A stretch of DNA of 64,000 nucleotides, from NCBI GenBank assembly GCA_963575745.1, contig CAUYUJ010000325.1, positions 434,001-498,000 of the forward strand, read 5' to 3'. Of this stretch, positions 21,282 to 34,319 are shown piece after piece; the first letter of the stretch is position 1, and the number at the start of each line of letters is the position of its first letter. This DNA is from Prorocentrum cordatum. Lineage: Eukaryota. The notes below the pieces were generated by a model. The model had not been told where the DNA came from. It made no database searches and saw only the letters and a program-made list of their open reading frames with translations. Both the position numbers and the translations under genes were made by a program.

Positions 21282-21465
21282 TGGTGAAACATATATGGTA
21301 CCAATGTTGCTGTCTAGACGTCGTACCTCTCGTGTTGCTTCTTGCTCTTGGATATATCCTCGTCAACGTACTGGGAGTGGTAGCGCAGGGTGGTAGGTGG
21401 TCACGAGGATCGTGCCGAAGAGTATGAGGATGAGAAGAGCAAGAGCTGACCACACGAGAGTGCGG

Positions 21466-21480
21466 CCAGCTCCGCTACCA
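21466..21480 (-). promoter_or_regulatory. Primer-binding site, probably tRNA-iMet
   Basis: TGGTAGCGGAGCTGG immediately 3' of the 5' LTR on the sense strand. Confidence 0.8.
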
Positions 21481-21746
21481 AGTCGAAAGTGAGCCTGGTA
21501 GGTCAAATCGCATCCGATTCCGTAGACATCGGATGGCAAATAGCGCCCGGTATCGTACTGAGGCTGTTCAGTAAGAGGAATGGACGGATAAGATAGGATA
21601 AGATCGATGTAGTGATCTTTCCAGCACATAGCGAACACTCGCGGTGTCCGGGCAAATAGGGCGCGCGTGCCTTGAGCCAAAGGCAACGGCGCGCGAACTG
21701 TACTCCCGATTCTATATAATATCTCCCAAGAAGCTACCCTTAAAGT
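21481..21746 (-). repeat. 5' LTR of element B
   Basis: Direct repeat of 7670-7935. Contains a TATA-like TATTATATAGA about 21 nt upstream of an SL-like motif. Confidence 0.92.
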
Positions 21747-22097
21747 GCTGAAAGATGTTGGAACTAGCTTCTTTTCGGTCTTCCGACGGCTCGAGGCGGC
21801 CCAAGAGTCCCCCAAGATCGCCCCCAGAGCGCCCCCGCCCCCCCATAACGGCCCAAAAAACCCCAATGACGGCCCCAAAAGGGTTCCACGACGGCCCAAA
21901 CGGCCTCCAGGACGCCCCAAATGGCATCCAAAACGGTCCTGGAGCACCCCAAGAGGGCCCCAAGTCGGTTCAGAGAGGCCCCCAAGACGGCTTCCGACTG
22001 CGTCAGACGGGTCAGGAAGGCCCTGGTCCCCAAAATGCATAAGGCTCCCAGCAAGCTGTCAAGAGGCCCGGAGAGCGCCCCCCGAGGCTCCCAAGAT

Positions 22098-22165
22098 GCC
22101 TCCTCCTCCTCCTCCTCCTCCTCCTCGTCCTCGTCCTCCTCCTCCTCCTCCTCCTCCTCCTCCTG
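22098..22165. repeat. (CCT)n microsatellite
   Basis: Direct reading. Confidence 0.95.
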
Positions 22166-23494
22166 AGCTTCCCCGCCATCCTCCCCCAAGCGTTCCCCAA
22201 AGGGTTTCCACAACGTTTGGGGGAACACATGGCCCGATAGCTCGACAGAACTCTTGCCACAACGCTCGGCCACATGGGCAATTCCAAAAAGCAGGGGGCG
22301 GCGGTGATTCGCCGTATGCGTTTTCGGTACAGGGCGGGTATGTCCCACCAAACTGCGGTGGACACAGCGACGCCGAAATGGGCGGCACTCGGCAGCAAAA
22401 TAACTTGACCAACAGGGCGAAAACTTCCGCCAGATTTGCAAAATCGCCAGGCAGGTGCGGCGGATCCGAAGGCACCGTTTGCGAAGCGGGAATGTTTTCA
22501 TATCGACCGCCTGGAAACCGACGCCCCCTGGGGACCCAGCGGGCGGTGGACATGGATATATGCTGGCCCCCAGGGGCCCGAACATATTCGGATACACCAC
22601 CTGTGGAAGTCTCCGAATACCGATCTCCCAGTCGGTGGTTATGGGTAAGCGGTAAGCCCCCCGCATCGGAGGGTTTGCGCTGCCCGTCCGACGTTCCTGC
22701 TCGGCCAGCGCGAGCCGCGCGGCTGCGCCGCCCGCCTTGGCAAGCAGCGCCGAGAGGCGGCGCGCCGAGCCGGCGGCAGCGAGCGCTGCCTCGGCGGGTG
22801 GCACGGGACGGCCCAGAACCCCTCGACTCACGATCTCGATGGCCTCGAAGGCCGCGATGGCCTCGAAAGCCTCGAATCACGAGCAGCGAGCGTATCCGTA
22901 ATGTCAGCTTGCGGTTAACCAATCCGTGGGGGCGCGCCTTTAAAACAAATCGTCCCCTTGTTCAGGGAAATCGCGGGGTGGCGCCCGCCAGATTGAAAAT
23001 CAACGGCGTCGACGCCCAGCCGCCAGCGAGAAGGCCACAAACAGCACAGACTGGGGGAAGGGAAGGGGGCGGGAGGCAAACGCGGCAAAAGCAGGGGCCG
23101 CCAGGGCGACACCCGTTCAAAATGAAAAAAAACTGTTGTCGGCGCTCGCCCCCGCACTTTCCGTTTTCGTTTCTGTCAAACTGGTGCGCTTCCTTTGCCC
23201 TGGCCGCAGCCACGGGGGGCGCCAGCTGCCCCGCGGGCCCGCGAGCAAGGCGGGCGGGACGAAAGGGGGCGTGGCCAAGCGGGGATGCGCCCAGCAGCTC
23301 ACAGTGCTGATTTTCCGAACGCGCCCTGGCGCCGAAGGCGGCCATGCATCGAGGACTGGCCCCTCGGCGGGGCGACCGAAACCATCTGTGCACAGCAGGT
23401 TTCGCAACCCCACCTTTCCTTCCCCAGCCTTTCGTCCGACAGGCGCAGAGCGGGCAGTCCTCCTCCCTCCCTCTGTCGTGGTCTCTGTAGTCGC

Positions 23495-23671
23495 CGACGA
23501 CGACGACGACGACGAAGACGAAGACGACGATGACGAGAACGAAGACGAGGACGATGACGAGGAGGACGAGGACGAGGAAGACGGACGGCGGAGACGACGA
23601 CGAACTGCGGATGCCCTAGGGGGGGAGGGGGTGCGCAGGCCCGCTGTAGTCGACGAGACGACGACGACGAC

Positions 23672-23715
<44 letters not shown>

Positions 23716-23855
23716 ACTGCACTGCGGATGCCCTATGAGTGGGGGGGCGCGGGCCTGGTGACGACGACGACGACCCGAGCAAGGCGGGCAGTCGTCCTCC
23801 GTAGTCGCCGACGACGACGACGGCGACGACCACGACCACGACGACGACGAAGACG
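23495..23855. repeat. (GAC)n microsatellite blocks
   Basis: Direct reading. Confidence 0.9.
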
Positions 23856-26800
23856 CCTGAGAGGGGGAACCAAATCGCCTCGGATGTGCACGTCCCCTAT
23901 AACAACTTATACGAAGGGCACTCGCGTTGAGGCTGTCACACGGGGGAATACACGATCCCCTCGGCGGCGCCAGAGACGACCCCCTGGCGCGCGCGATTCA
24001 AAAACATGTTTCGCGCCACGCGACGTCTATTCATCAGCCCTGGGGGCTGGGTCACGCATTTGCTAATCACAAACTGACATGCTCCGCGCCCTCCAAAAGA
24101 TGGATTCTGGGGCGCGATCCCACGCGGTCGCAAGGGTACATTCCGCGCAGGGAACCTGCCATCTGCACCCCGTATCCGCAGGGTCACGGCCCAAAGGGCC
24201 GGGCCTGCGAGGCTGCGGATACGGATGTGGCTTTCGCCAACGATCGATGTCCTCGATCTCTGGATCTAAAACGAAGCCAGAACAGGGACAACATCGGACC
24301 AGGATGAATCGGGGATCTCTGAGATCCGGCGGTTCTGGAGGAAGTATCGAAGTATCGGGCGCCGCGGCCATTCCCGAGCGCCCCAGGACGGAACGCTCTT
24401 GATCGATTTGGCCCCTGGGCTGGCCCCGCCCGATCGGCCCCGACCCTCGGGTATCCGAATCCACGACCTTTCGTGGTGGCTTACGCGGGCCGCCAGCGCG
24501 GCACGCTACATTGGAGACGAGGGCGCTTACGCGCGACCTTACGCGGGGAACTTACGCGCGAATGTCGGCGCAGTCGAAATCGGTGTTGTGCGTCGCCTAC
24601 GTTCCCTTGGCCTCAGGAGGCCCAGGGAAGCGCTTCAATCCCTCGATGGGCCAGCGCCCGAGATGAGCTCTCGGCGACGCGCATGGGTGTGGGGCGAGGC
24701 GCCCCCTGAGTACACGTTGCGCAGCCTCCATTAAAGCATACATATTTGAGGCGGCTCACCGTGTCAGCAAAATGTCTTGGGTTACGGGTCGTTCAGCCGT
24801 TCGCGCCAGGGCGCCGATGCGAGGCGGGGATTGATCCATATCCAGCCGCCTGGAAACCGACGTCCTGGGGACCCACCGGGCGGCGGATATCGATATATGT
24901 TGGCTCCCAGGGGCCTGAATGTATCCATATGCAAAACAACATATGCGAACGCACAACTTCTCGTTTTTCCGTGCTCCTGGAGCGAGCCAGATGCCAGGGG
25001 CCTGCCTCTCAGGAGAGCTCGGAGGCTTCTCTACGAGGCCGCACCCCCTCGCGACGTGAAAAAAACACAAAGCACGGCGGAAAGTGTTTGCCAATGACGG
25101 TCGGGCGTTGCCTAGCGGGGGGGGGGCAATAAATAGGATGGGGGGGAACATGCACCCTCCGTGCTTCTCTGTGGCCCCTGGGGGTCCCTTGAGGGCTGCA
25201 TTTGGGGCACAAAGGGTGCACCTTCCTTCACCAAGCAGCGCCCGATTCGGGCCTTGAGGGCCCTTGCTGGACCCCGGGGCCGTCGAAAGGAGGCTCGGGA
25301 TAAAAGGCCGGCCTCCGAGGAGGGGCCAGGTCCTTCGGGGGCTCAACGCCGTGAAAAAAAAGCACGGCACCCCTGCGGCAGAAGGCCCGGAACGGCTCAC
25401 AGTGGGGGCCACCATTGGGGGCCACCATTGGGGGGGTAGGGATAGGGGTAAGAATTCAGGACTGGTGATGCAGGGATATGGATGTGGGGACAGGCATAGG
25501 GATCGGGATGGGGACAGGTGGAAAGAATGCAGGATGGGGAACAGGATAAATGGTAATGATACGGAAAGGGATCGGGGCAGAGGTATAGGGATGGAGAGAG
25601 GCATTGAGGCAGGGATAGAATTAGAAAATGGGAGACAACGGGAGACAGCTGCAAACGACTGGAAAATCGCCCCACCGACTCTGGATCCGGCAATCCACCT
25701 ACAACTTGGATGGACTCCTTGCAGACACGCAGTTCAGCGAACGAAGTCGTGGGTCTAGGAGGGGGGGTAGACAGGACCTTGCCAAAAACGACCCGCAGGA
25801 CGGCCACGCTGCGAGTTCGGCGGCGGCGCCGACGCGACGAAGCTCCTGTGATGAAGGAGATGGCGCGCCAGGCTTGGCAAAGGGGTAGTAAAAGGATGGT
25901 TAGCGACTCAGCTCACGCAACTGATTTTGTCCGACGCCTGCTGGCGCCACAAGGCGCTAATTTAGCGAGACAAGGCGCTCGGCGTTTAGGCCGAAACCGG
26001 CTACATCCAGCAGATGTCATGAGGCGATTTCGCTTGGTCTGACACCGCGTGGACTTCTCTCCAAACGACACCAACATGGTACACGGCCACACCCAGCTAT
26101 AAACTGGGGCCCCGGCCGGATTGCACCGGTGCAGTCTCGGGGACATCACGTGGCTGCACGTGCGGGCCACGCGTTCGCGCGCACCCAGCACGCAAGGGAA
26201 GAGAGAGGAGAGAGGGCGGGAAGGAGGAAGAGGGAGAGGCGGCGGAGGGAACGAGAATCACATCAGAGGCGGCGCTCGAGCCAACCTGCGATAAGCGAGC
26301 CGTGGCGCGCGACCTGAACCTGAGAAAACAGGAGAAATCTAACATTCTGGATCCCTTATGGCTCAGAAGCCACTTCCCTGAGATCACCGCGACAGGACGG
26401 GCGAGAGAGGAGCTGAGCAAAAGGAGAAGGAGGAAGGAGGAAAAGAGAGGAGGGGAGGGATGATATGAACATGCCCAGATTCGTATCAGCTAGTTCCGTG
26501 CGTTGCACGCTGGAGAATAAATCGCCCCAACTGCGATGACATAGACGCAATCCAAGCGGTCGAAACCCACACGGGGCAGATCGACCAACAGACTGGCATC
26601 GGTGTGCTGAGCAGCGGGGAGGGGGAAGGAGGAGCAGGAGCAGGAGGACGAGGAGGACGCAGGCAAGGCCGACGGGTTGGCGTGCCCCTAATCAAACTGC
26701 TGCGGTCTGGGCGCAGGTAGCACGGGGAAAAACTACGATAACCCTGGGCGGCTTCTCGACCGCCGGATCGTTCCGTAGTGGCCGGTTCTGGGACCCTGGC

Positions 26801-26979
26801 GGCGTGAAACCTTGAACGCCTGCGGCGAGTCGTCGCCACGTCCGCACGACACGAACCTGCCGTACATTGAGATCCGATGGAGTGAGTTGTTCAATACGGG
26901 GTCACCAAAGTCCTGACTTTTACCCCCAGGACAGCTTTGCAAACTGAGCCGATAGGAGTCCGCTTCGGGAGTGGTCCGC

Positions 26980-27170
26980 TGCGGCAGACTCCTCTTCGGC
27001 AATCGCCTTCGGCAACTCCTCTTCGGCAATCCGGTTCGGCAGACCCGCATCTGCAGACCCCCTATTCGGCAGAGCCGCTTCGGCAGAGCCGCTTCGGCAG
27101 AGCCGCTTCGGCAGAGCCGCTTTTGCAGAGCCGCTTCGTGAGGACCTTTCGGCAGAGCCGACTCGGCAGC
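26980..27170. repeat. 14-bp minisatellite (ttcggcagagccgc)n
   Basis: Several perfect tandem copies at 27066-27135, with degenerate flanking copies. Confidence 0.9.
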
Positions 27171-27296
27171 CGGAGGGGGAGCGTGAGGAGGAGGATGGGG
27201 GCAGGGAGGGAGGCCTGAGGAGCAGCATCACAAGGATGAGCCGGAAGAGAGGAGGGCCTGCGCACCCCCCACCCCTCTCGTGCGGCCCAGGCCTCG

Positions 27297-27362
27297 GCGG
27301 GCTGCTGCGCGTCCTCCAGGGCCCTCGCCGCCGTTCCGAGGCTCGTAGCGTCCCAGGAGACC
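27297..27362 (-). CDS. Candidate small PPR-like exon
   Basis: CAG|G acceptor followed by VSWDATSLGTAARALEDAQQPAE. Confidence 0.35.
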
Positions 27363-28329
27363 TGCAGGGCTCGACCTAAACAGTGCTTCTGATTGCGTCT
27401 TGCTGTCGTTTTCCCTCGTATTGACTTCGTTTCGACTTTACTGCAAAACAAAATCAAAGCGAAAACGGCGCACGTGATCGCGGGCAGACGAGCGAGTCGG
27501 GCGGACCCCCGTGGGCGGGTCGGAGCAGGCGGAGCCTGTGGGGGGCAGGGCGGGAAAGCGGGCGGGCAGCGCAATGACCCGGGCGAAACGACCCCGGGCG
27601 AAAGGACACTGGGCGAAGCGACCCCAGGGAATCGGTCCCGCGCGAAACAACACTCTGGCAAAGCAACCTGGTCCAGGCGATCTGGGCAAAGCGACCTGCA
27701 CGTTGGGCGAAGCCCATCCCAGGCGAAAGGAACATGGACGAAGCGCAACTCTAGCAAACCGCCTCGGAGATCCAAGCAAAGGGAAAGCCTGGCGAAGCGA
27801 AGCTGGAGGAGCAGGAACAAATCACCAGGACTCAACCGACGCTGCGCTCTGCATGCGCGGTGGCGGATCGCCGTCATCGTGCTCATACGAATCGTCATTC
27901 TACCTGTATCCGCCACCGTGCACACCGGCGTGGAAGAATGCCAAGGTATGTCTGGTAGGGGTTCTGTCATAGTTATTTGAAGAGCTCTCCCCTCTACCCG
28001 CGGACTGGTGCGTGCCCCCCCCCATCTCCCGAGGCAACGGCCCTTTGCAAAAAAACAATAGAACCGCGCGCTGCCGGGGCCACGATCCCTCGCACAAAAA
28101 CAATGGACCCGAGCTCCCGAGCTTCAAAGACGGCCCAGGCAGGCAGCCAGGGCCGCAAAGATGGCCCACGATGCCTCCAAGACAGCCCATGATTGCCCCA
28201 AGGTGGTCCAAAATGGCCTCAGGCCGGCCAACTATGTCCCCAAGAACCACAAGAGGGCCCCCCAAACAGGATCCGAAGAAGCGGTTCTCCGATGGCATTT
28301 GAAAGATGTTTGTGTCCTCACCTTTTCGG

Positions 28330-28540
28330 GCTTCCCTCCTCCCTCCTCGCTCCTCTCACTTCCCCTCCCCTGCCCCCTCCTCCTCCTCCCCCTCCGCCTC
28401 CTCCTCCTCCTCCTGCTGCTTCTCCTCCTCCTCCTCCTCTTCCTCCTCCACCTCCACATCCTCCACCTCCACATCCTCCTCCTCCACCTCCTCCTCCTCC
28501 TTCTCCTCCTCCTCCTCCTCCTCCTCCTCCTCCTCCCCCG
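28330..28540. repeat. (CCT)n microsatellite
   Basis: Direct reading. Confidence 0.95.
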
Positions 28541-28749
28541 AAGCGAACAACTAACCCCTGACCAACGTGCGCGCGCCGGCACTGGGGAGACCAAACAAAA
28601 TCAATACCGCAACTCCATGGACCTCTCCTGTGGCGCGTTCTGACTAATACTTCGAAGCGAATCCAGCCGTGGCGACGAGGACCTCCCAGAAGGCTCCAAA
28701 AGGGGAAACAAGTTGGGGGTCCCGGTATCGGTGCCTTTTCCTGTTCCTG

Positions 28750-28880
28750 CTCTGAGGCAGCGGCCTGGCGGCCGCGCGCCAGTCCCAGCAGGCACAACAC
28801 TGACCGCCACTGCGCGCCCGGGCCGCATGCGGCGACGGCCGCGTCAAGCGCCGCGGCGTCTGCGACCCCAGCCCCTGGCA
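28750..28880 (-). CDS. PPR-like exon
   Basis: VADAAALDAAVAACGPGAQWRSVLCLLG fits the PPR pattern D...AA..AC...QW..AL.LL. Confidence 0.6.
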
Positions 28881-30076
28881 GGACCGAACGACACCAGGTC
28901 GGGAAATCGGCTCGGGCCTTAGGAGGTTTATCCTGACAGGTCTTCTCATAAAGACGATCATTCGGCGATCGACATTTCATCCATGCCCCTGCTCACGACC
29001 CCACGAGCAGCCAGAGCGGGGGTATGGATAAATTCCTGGCCTCCGAGGCCACACTCCTCCTGGCGCCCAGAGTGGAGTGCAGCAGCAGGGGTCTTAGGAG
29101 GCAACATCCGAAGCCTATCGCCACCAACCATCGATTCTCCTGCACCGATGGGAAGAAACATGGATAGGGCTCAGAGTTCGACACGTGCTCGGCGAATTCT
29201 GAACCCTACCCCCGACGCCCATCGAGTTGCCAGAAACATAAATCGGTGAGAGTAAGACTCGGCGCCGCCAACCTTAGAAGGAAGCTCCTGAGAGGTCTGT
29301 CTTGTAAGAACGATTGAAGGCTATGAAGCCAGATTAAAGGGCCATGAAGCTGAATTGGTCCAGATTGAGCCCAAGGATAAGCCCGATTGGGTCAGATTAA
29401 GCGGGATTAAGCGGACTGAAACAGGATTATGCAATAGTCGGCTGGTTCTCGACCACGATATGCCAGCGCCCATACTGAATTTAACCGCCCCCAGCCCCAG
29501 GCAGAATCGGGAGATCAGATCGGATCGGCGCGTACCCAGACCCAGGATAATTCTACACCCTGAAATCCAGGCATTCCATGATTTTCACACCAGGCATGTT
29601 CGCCCGGTTGCAGGCCCTGGAACCATCACAGGTCGATGTGGCTCGAAAAATGAAGCATAATGATGGGGTCTAGGGCTCCGGTCATGGCTTGTTCGAAAGA
29701 TTGTAACTTATGCGCGGCGTCGAATCTCATCGTGCGCAAGTCATTTGTCATTTTCGGCCGTTGGGAGACGATGCCGGACCCCAGAACCGTCGGAAGACAA
29801 CTCAGGCTGGGAAGGGGTCCAGACATCCGGGGGTCGAGAGTTCGGAAAAAAACATGACGTCAGAGGCCTGGGTACGGCAGACTCGTGTCTTGACGACTTG
29901 GGAGTTGGTCTCTGACAACGCGTGGACCTTTCAACAGCAAATGATCGGCGGCTTCCCGACACCGCGGATCGTTCCATTTCTGAGCCACTGGCGGCGCTCA
30001 ACCTCGAACTCCCGCGCTGGGGCCGCCGCTGCGCCGGCACGACACAAGCCTGGAGCGCGTTTCTCTATGTTCGGCG

Positions 30077-31429
30077 ATGACGGGCGTCATGGGGGGGGGG
30101 GGAGGGCGGGGTGGGGTATGACGTGACGCCCCCCCCCGCCGAGTGGCTCCGGCACCACAGCCGCGCCCGCGCGCACGACGCGACGAGCGACGAGCGACGA
30201 CGACGACGCGAGCATCATGTAAGTGGCGATCTGCCCATTGCGCCACCACTCCGCGCGTGTGCACCACAGCGCCTGCGTACACCGCAACAGCCGAGTGCAA
30301 CGCACCGCCCGTGTATACCACAATACTTGGGAGCACTGCAGCGCCGGTGTACATACACCGCAGCAGCCATTTGCAACACACCGTCTGTGTACACCACAGT
30401 GCTCGCGTGCACTGCAGCGCCTGTGCACGCCACAGCGCCTGTCTACACCACAGCATTCGCGTGCAACGCAGCGCTGGTGTACACCACAGTGCCTGCGTGC
30501 ACACGACAGGTAGAAGGAGCATGTACGTCAGGATCTGGTGCGGACAACTAAACGCCACGCCAGGAAAGTTCTGATTATCGAATGCGACGTTTTTCCCTCC
30601 TCCCACCTCCTCCTCCTCCACCTCCTCCTCCTCCTCCTCCTCCTTTTCATCCTTCTTACCCCCTGTCGTGCGGCTTAGCGTTACAACGCAAGTGCGCATC
30701 TCAGCGTGCACCGCAGAATGGTCGATTGAATCGGTCCACTTGGTTCTCGGACGGCCAATTTAGCTGGAGCCTCCTGGACGCAAATGGGCGTCAGGGTGAT
30801 GCGGGCGGACTCGGGGGACTCGTAGATTCCAGCGGCGCTCCTTTGTCCATGAGGATTTGTTTTCCATTGTTTTCTCTGGAATCCACACGCGCTCCATCTT
30901 GTCACAAAAATCCCTTCTGAAATTCTATACACAACAATGGTGCTGTGTTGCATACGGCTCATGTGGTGCACAAAGGAAGGCGCCGTGGCGTACACAGGCA
31001 CTGCAATGCACGCAGGCATTGTGGTGTCCTCAGGTGCTGTGTTGCACACGGCTGATGTGGGGTACGGAGGCGCTGTGGTGTACGCAAGAGCTGCTGTGCC
31101 CGCAGGCACGGTGGCACAAACTGACGCTGTGTTGCACGCGGCTGCTGTGGTGTACATCGGCGGTGTGGTGTACACAGGCGCTGCGGTGCACGCGGGCACT
31201 GTGATGTACACAGGCGTTGTGGTGCATATCGCCACCTACATTGTCGTGCTACCCGTCCTCCGTCATTCCTAAGCATTCCCAGACGCCGCCGGCGCGAAAC
31301 GTGACGTCATCGACCCCTCCCCCCCCAAATGATTGCCGTCATCGGCCCGGACTAAAAAACAGGCTCCAGCCGCGTCCGCGCGCACGACGACGATGAGCGA
31401 CGAGCGACGAACCACGAACGACGACGACG

Positions 31430-31463
<34 letters not shown>

Positions 31464-31604
31464 CCTGCGGACCAGACACCTATGCGGATTCCTACGTGGA
31501 CACCTACGCGGATCCCAATGCGCACGGCGGCAGTGCCCCGAACGCACTGGGGGGGGGAGCGTTACGTCATAGGGGGGGGGAGCAGGGGCCATGACGCCCG
31601 TCAT
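30077..31604. repeat. Foldback-like structure: inverted copies of an ~18-bp minisatellite plus inverted flanking motifs
   Basis: (tgtacaccacagcgcctg)n at 30260-30500 versus its reverse complement at 30940-31225. atgtaagtggcgatctgc versus gcatatcgccacctacat. atgacgggcgtcatgg versus ccatgacgcccgtcat. Confidence 0.7.
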
Positions 31605-32696
31605 GCCCCAAGCAATAAAGAAACGGAATCCTACCGCACACTGGATTGGCCAGCGTCCTCACGGGATCGAGATCGGATTGGACCAACCACGACAGGATCA
31701 GACCAACGGACCGAAACGGGATCAGAACTGGAGCGGATCGAGCCGGTCAGGTCAGGTCAGGTAGAGCATTGCACCAGACGGTGCGTGAGCAGAGGAAATG
31801 TGAATAAAAGAGGAATACCTTTAGCATCCTCTCTAGCTTCTGACAACCAGCTCCCGCTCGCGTGCTGCACCGCCCTCTGGGCGGAAGCAATCAGGGAGAC
31901 GGGCGCGCGAGACAGCAACTTCCATGTACTTGCGCACAACAAGAATACCCCCACGTCTTTCGAAGTCGGCCTCTCCTCCTTAGACCGGTCGGCTGGCGCA
32001 GCCGTATGGTGTATGGTTCAAACACCGAGCACCGCATTGGGTCGCCCGCTGGTCACCTGGCCAGCGGCGCCATGAAAAGCAGATGTCCTTCGGCAGTCCT
32101 TGGCTGAGCCGTGAGCAACGATTTCGACCACAGCAGCGTTGGACGCTCGACTAATGTATACTGGTGGTAACTGGCAAAGCCTCCTCAGGCAGCACTGTTG
32201 AAAAATATCGGACTCCACCGCTCTACTCTGTTCAAACGCGCAGCAAATACCGAGTGTGTCAGCTTCGAGACAACAAGCGCTACATGTGCAAGTCGTATGC
32301 TTCCTGCTGAGCCTGAAATGCGACCGAATCCGGAAAGAGAGCGCGTTTCACGGGGGCACGCCTTGGGAACATTCGGAGGCGCGTTTCGAGCCGGGAAGTA
32401 GGCCCCCCCCCCCACTCGGCGCCGTCGATCAAAACCAGGGGGACCCCCCTCTCCCCGAAAACCCCCCCCTTCCCGACCCTTCCCCCCCCCGGGGAGCTTC
32501 ACCCCCCCCCCGTCGGCGCCGGCGCCGGCGCTGGCGCTGGCGGCCGCCAGCAGCGCCGACGGCGTGGACGCATCGACAATGACCAGAGGCAGCCCAAGGG
32601 AGGGGGGGGTCCAAACCCCGCCCCACCCCCGCGCCGGCGCCGGCGCCAGCGCTGGCGGTGGCCAGCAGCGCCGACGGCGGAGACGCAGCGACGATC

Positions 32697-33180
32697 ACCA
32701 CCACTACCACCACCACCACCACCACAACCACTACCACCACCACTACAAAAACCCACCACCACTACCACCACAACCACCACCACCACCACCACCACAATCT
32801 ACCACACCACCACCACAACCACCACCACTACCAGCAGCACAACCCACCACCACCACCACCACTTCAAACCACCACACCACCACGACGACCGCCACCACCA
32901 CCACCACCACCATCTCCACAAACCACCGCCACCACCACAACCCACCAACACCACCACAAACCACCACCACCACACCACCAAACCACCACCACCACAACCC
33001 ACCACCACCACCACCACCAAACCACCACCACCACCACCACCCACCACCACAACCACCACCACCACAACAAACCACCAAACCACCACTACAACCACAACAA
33101 CCACAACAACCACCACCACCACCACCGCCAACCACACCACCAGCACCACCGCCACCACAACCCACCACCACCACCACCTC
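32697..33180. repeat. (CCA)n microsatellite
   Basis: Direct reading. Confidence 0.95.
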
Positions 33181-33721
33181 AGAGAGGCCCCGAGAGACGC
33201 CCAAGAGGCGCCCAGGAGCCTGCACAAATGCCCTGCAGAGACCCCCGACCCCCGAGAGCCCTCCGACGAGACCCCAAGAGGCATCCATTAGGGCTCTGAC
33301 CCAAAACCAAGGCACGGTTGCGGAGCGTCGTCGTCGTCATCGTCGTCGCCGTCGTCCTCGTCGACGTTCCCCGCCGCCGCCGCCCGCCGTCGCACGCGCC
33401 GGCGCCGGCCCAGAAAAGGAAATCGTCGTCCCCGCCGACGCCGCCAGCAGCCGACGACGCAGGCGCCTGCCCGAGGAGAGGGAGAGGAAGAGGGGGGAGA
33501 CAAGCTAGGTGCGCTCGCGTCATATCTGACATCCGACCCCTCCCTCCCATCCCTTACCATGGCGTATATCCCCTCTCTACTCGCACAGTCGGATGTCGAG
33601 CAGGGCAATGATCGCGAAAGGGTACGCGATGCTTTGTAGAGCACGGCATGGCATGGCGTAGAAGAGCACCGCAAAGCGTAGCATCAACCTAGCATTGCAT
33701 TGCATGCCGTGGCATGGCACA

Positions 33722-33900
33722 GGAAATGACGCCAGCGCTGCAGCGGGAGCACGAGTCGAAACGAACGGAAGCGCGGAAATGAGGCCAGCGCTGCAGCGGG
33801 AGCACGATTCGGAACGAGCGGAAGCACGGAAATGATGCCAGCGCTGCAGCGGGAGCACGATTCGGAACGAGCGGGGCCCGAAAATGAGGCCGGCGCCTCG
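33722..33900. repeat. ~54-bp tandem repeat (aaatgaggccagcgctgcagcgggagcacgattcggaacg...)
   Basis: Three or more copies read directly. Confidence 0.85.
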
Positions 33901-34319
33901 GCGAGAGCAGCATATTTCTTTAATGTAAAAAATGCAAGCGAAATACCAACTCCCGGGAATCCTGCATGTAAAAAACAATACGCGGGGGGGGGGGGGGGGG
34001 GGAACACTCCCAGCACGTCATCAGGGGAAGAGGGAGAGTAGTATTCATATTGAATACTCCGGATTTCGCAATAAAGGGAGGAGGGTCTCATTTCGGGGGG
34101 GGTCTCTTCCAAGCTATCTTGGAGGGCCTGGGGGGGTCTGGGGACGATGTTTTGGAGGGTTCTCCCATGGGGGGGTCTGAAATGGCTTGTCTTGGAGGGT
34201 CCAGACCCCCTCCCTTCTATTGCGAAATCTAAAGTACTTGTGAAGGGGGGTCCGGTTCCAAACCCCCCGCACCCCCCCGCCAAACGACCACGGAACGCGC
34301 TCTTTCAATCCGTGGGATG

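Larger units (their letters stand above)
7670..21746 (-). mobile_element. Element B: LTR retrotransposon with Copia domain order (PR-INT), both LTRs present, >14 kb, carrying Tpt1, RING and DNMT-like cargo
   Basis: Two 266-bp direct repeats (7670-7935 and 21481-21746). Flanking direct repeat GCTGA at 7665-7669 and 21747-21751, extendable to TGCTGAA. PBS next to the 5' LTR; Gag, protease and integrase motifs present. Removing the element restores a host repeat (...gctgctgaaagatgttgg; compare 28298-28335). Confidence 0.9.

Noticed and set aside
21745..23839. Long ORFs (521 aa, 355 aa and others)
   Set aside because: They arise from GC-rich host repeats and CCT/GAC microsatellites, are open in several frames and show no domain motifs.
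32429..33508. Pro/His/Thr-rich 'extensin-like' ORFs
   Set aside because: These are translations of the (CCA)n microsatellite.
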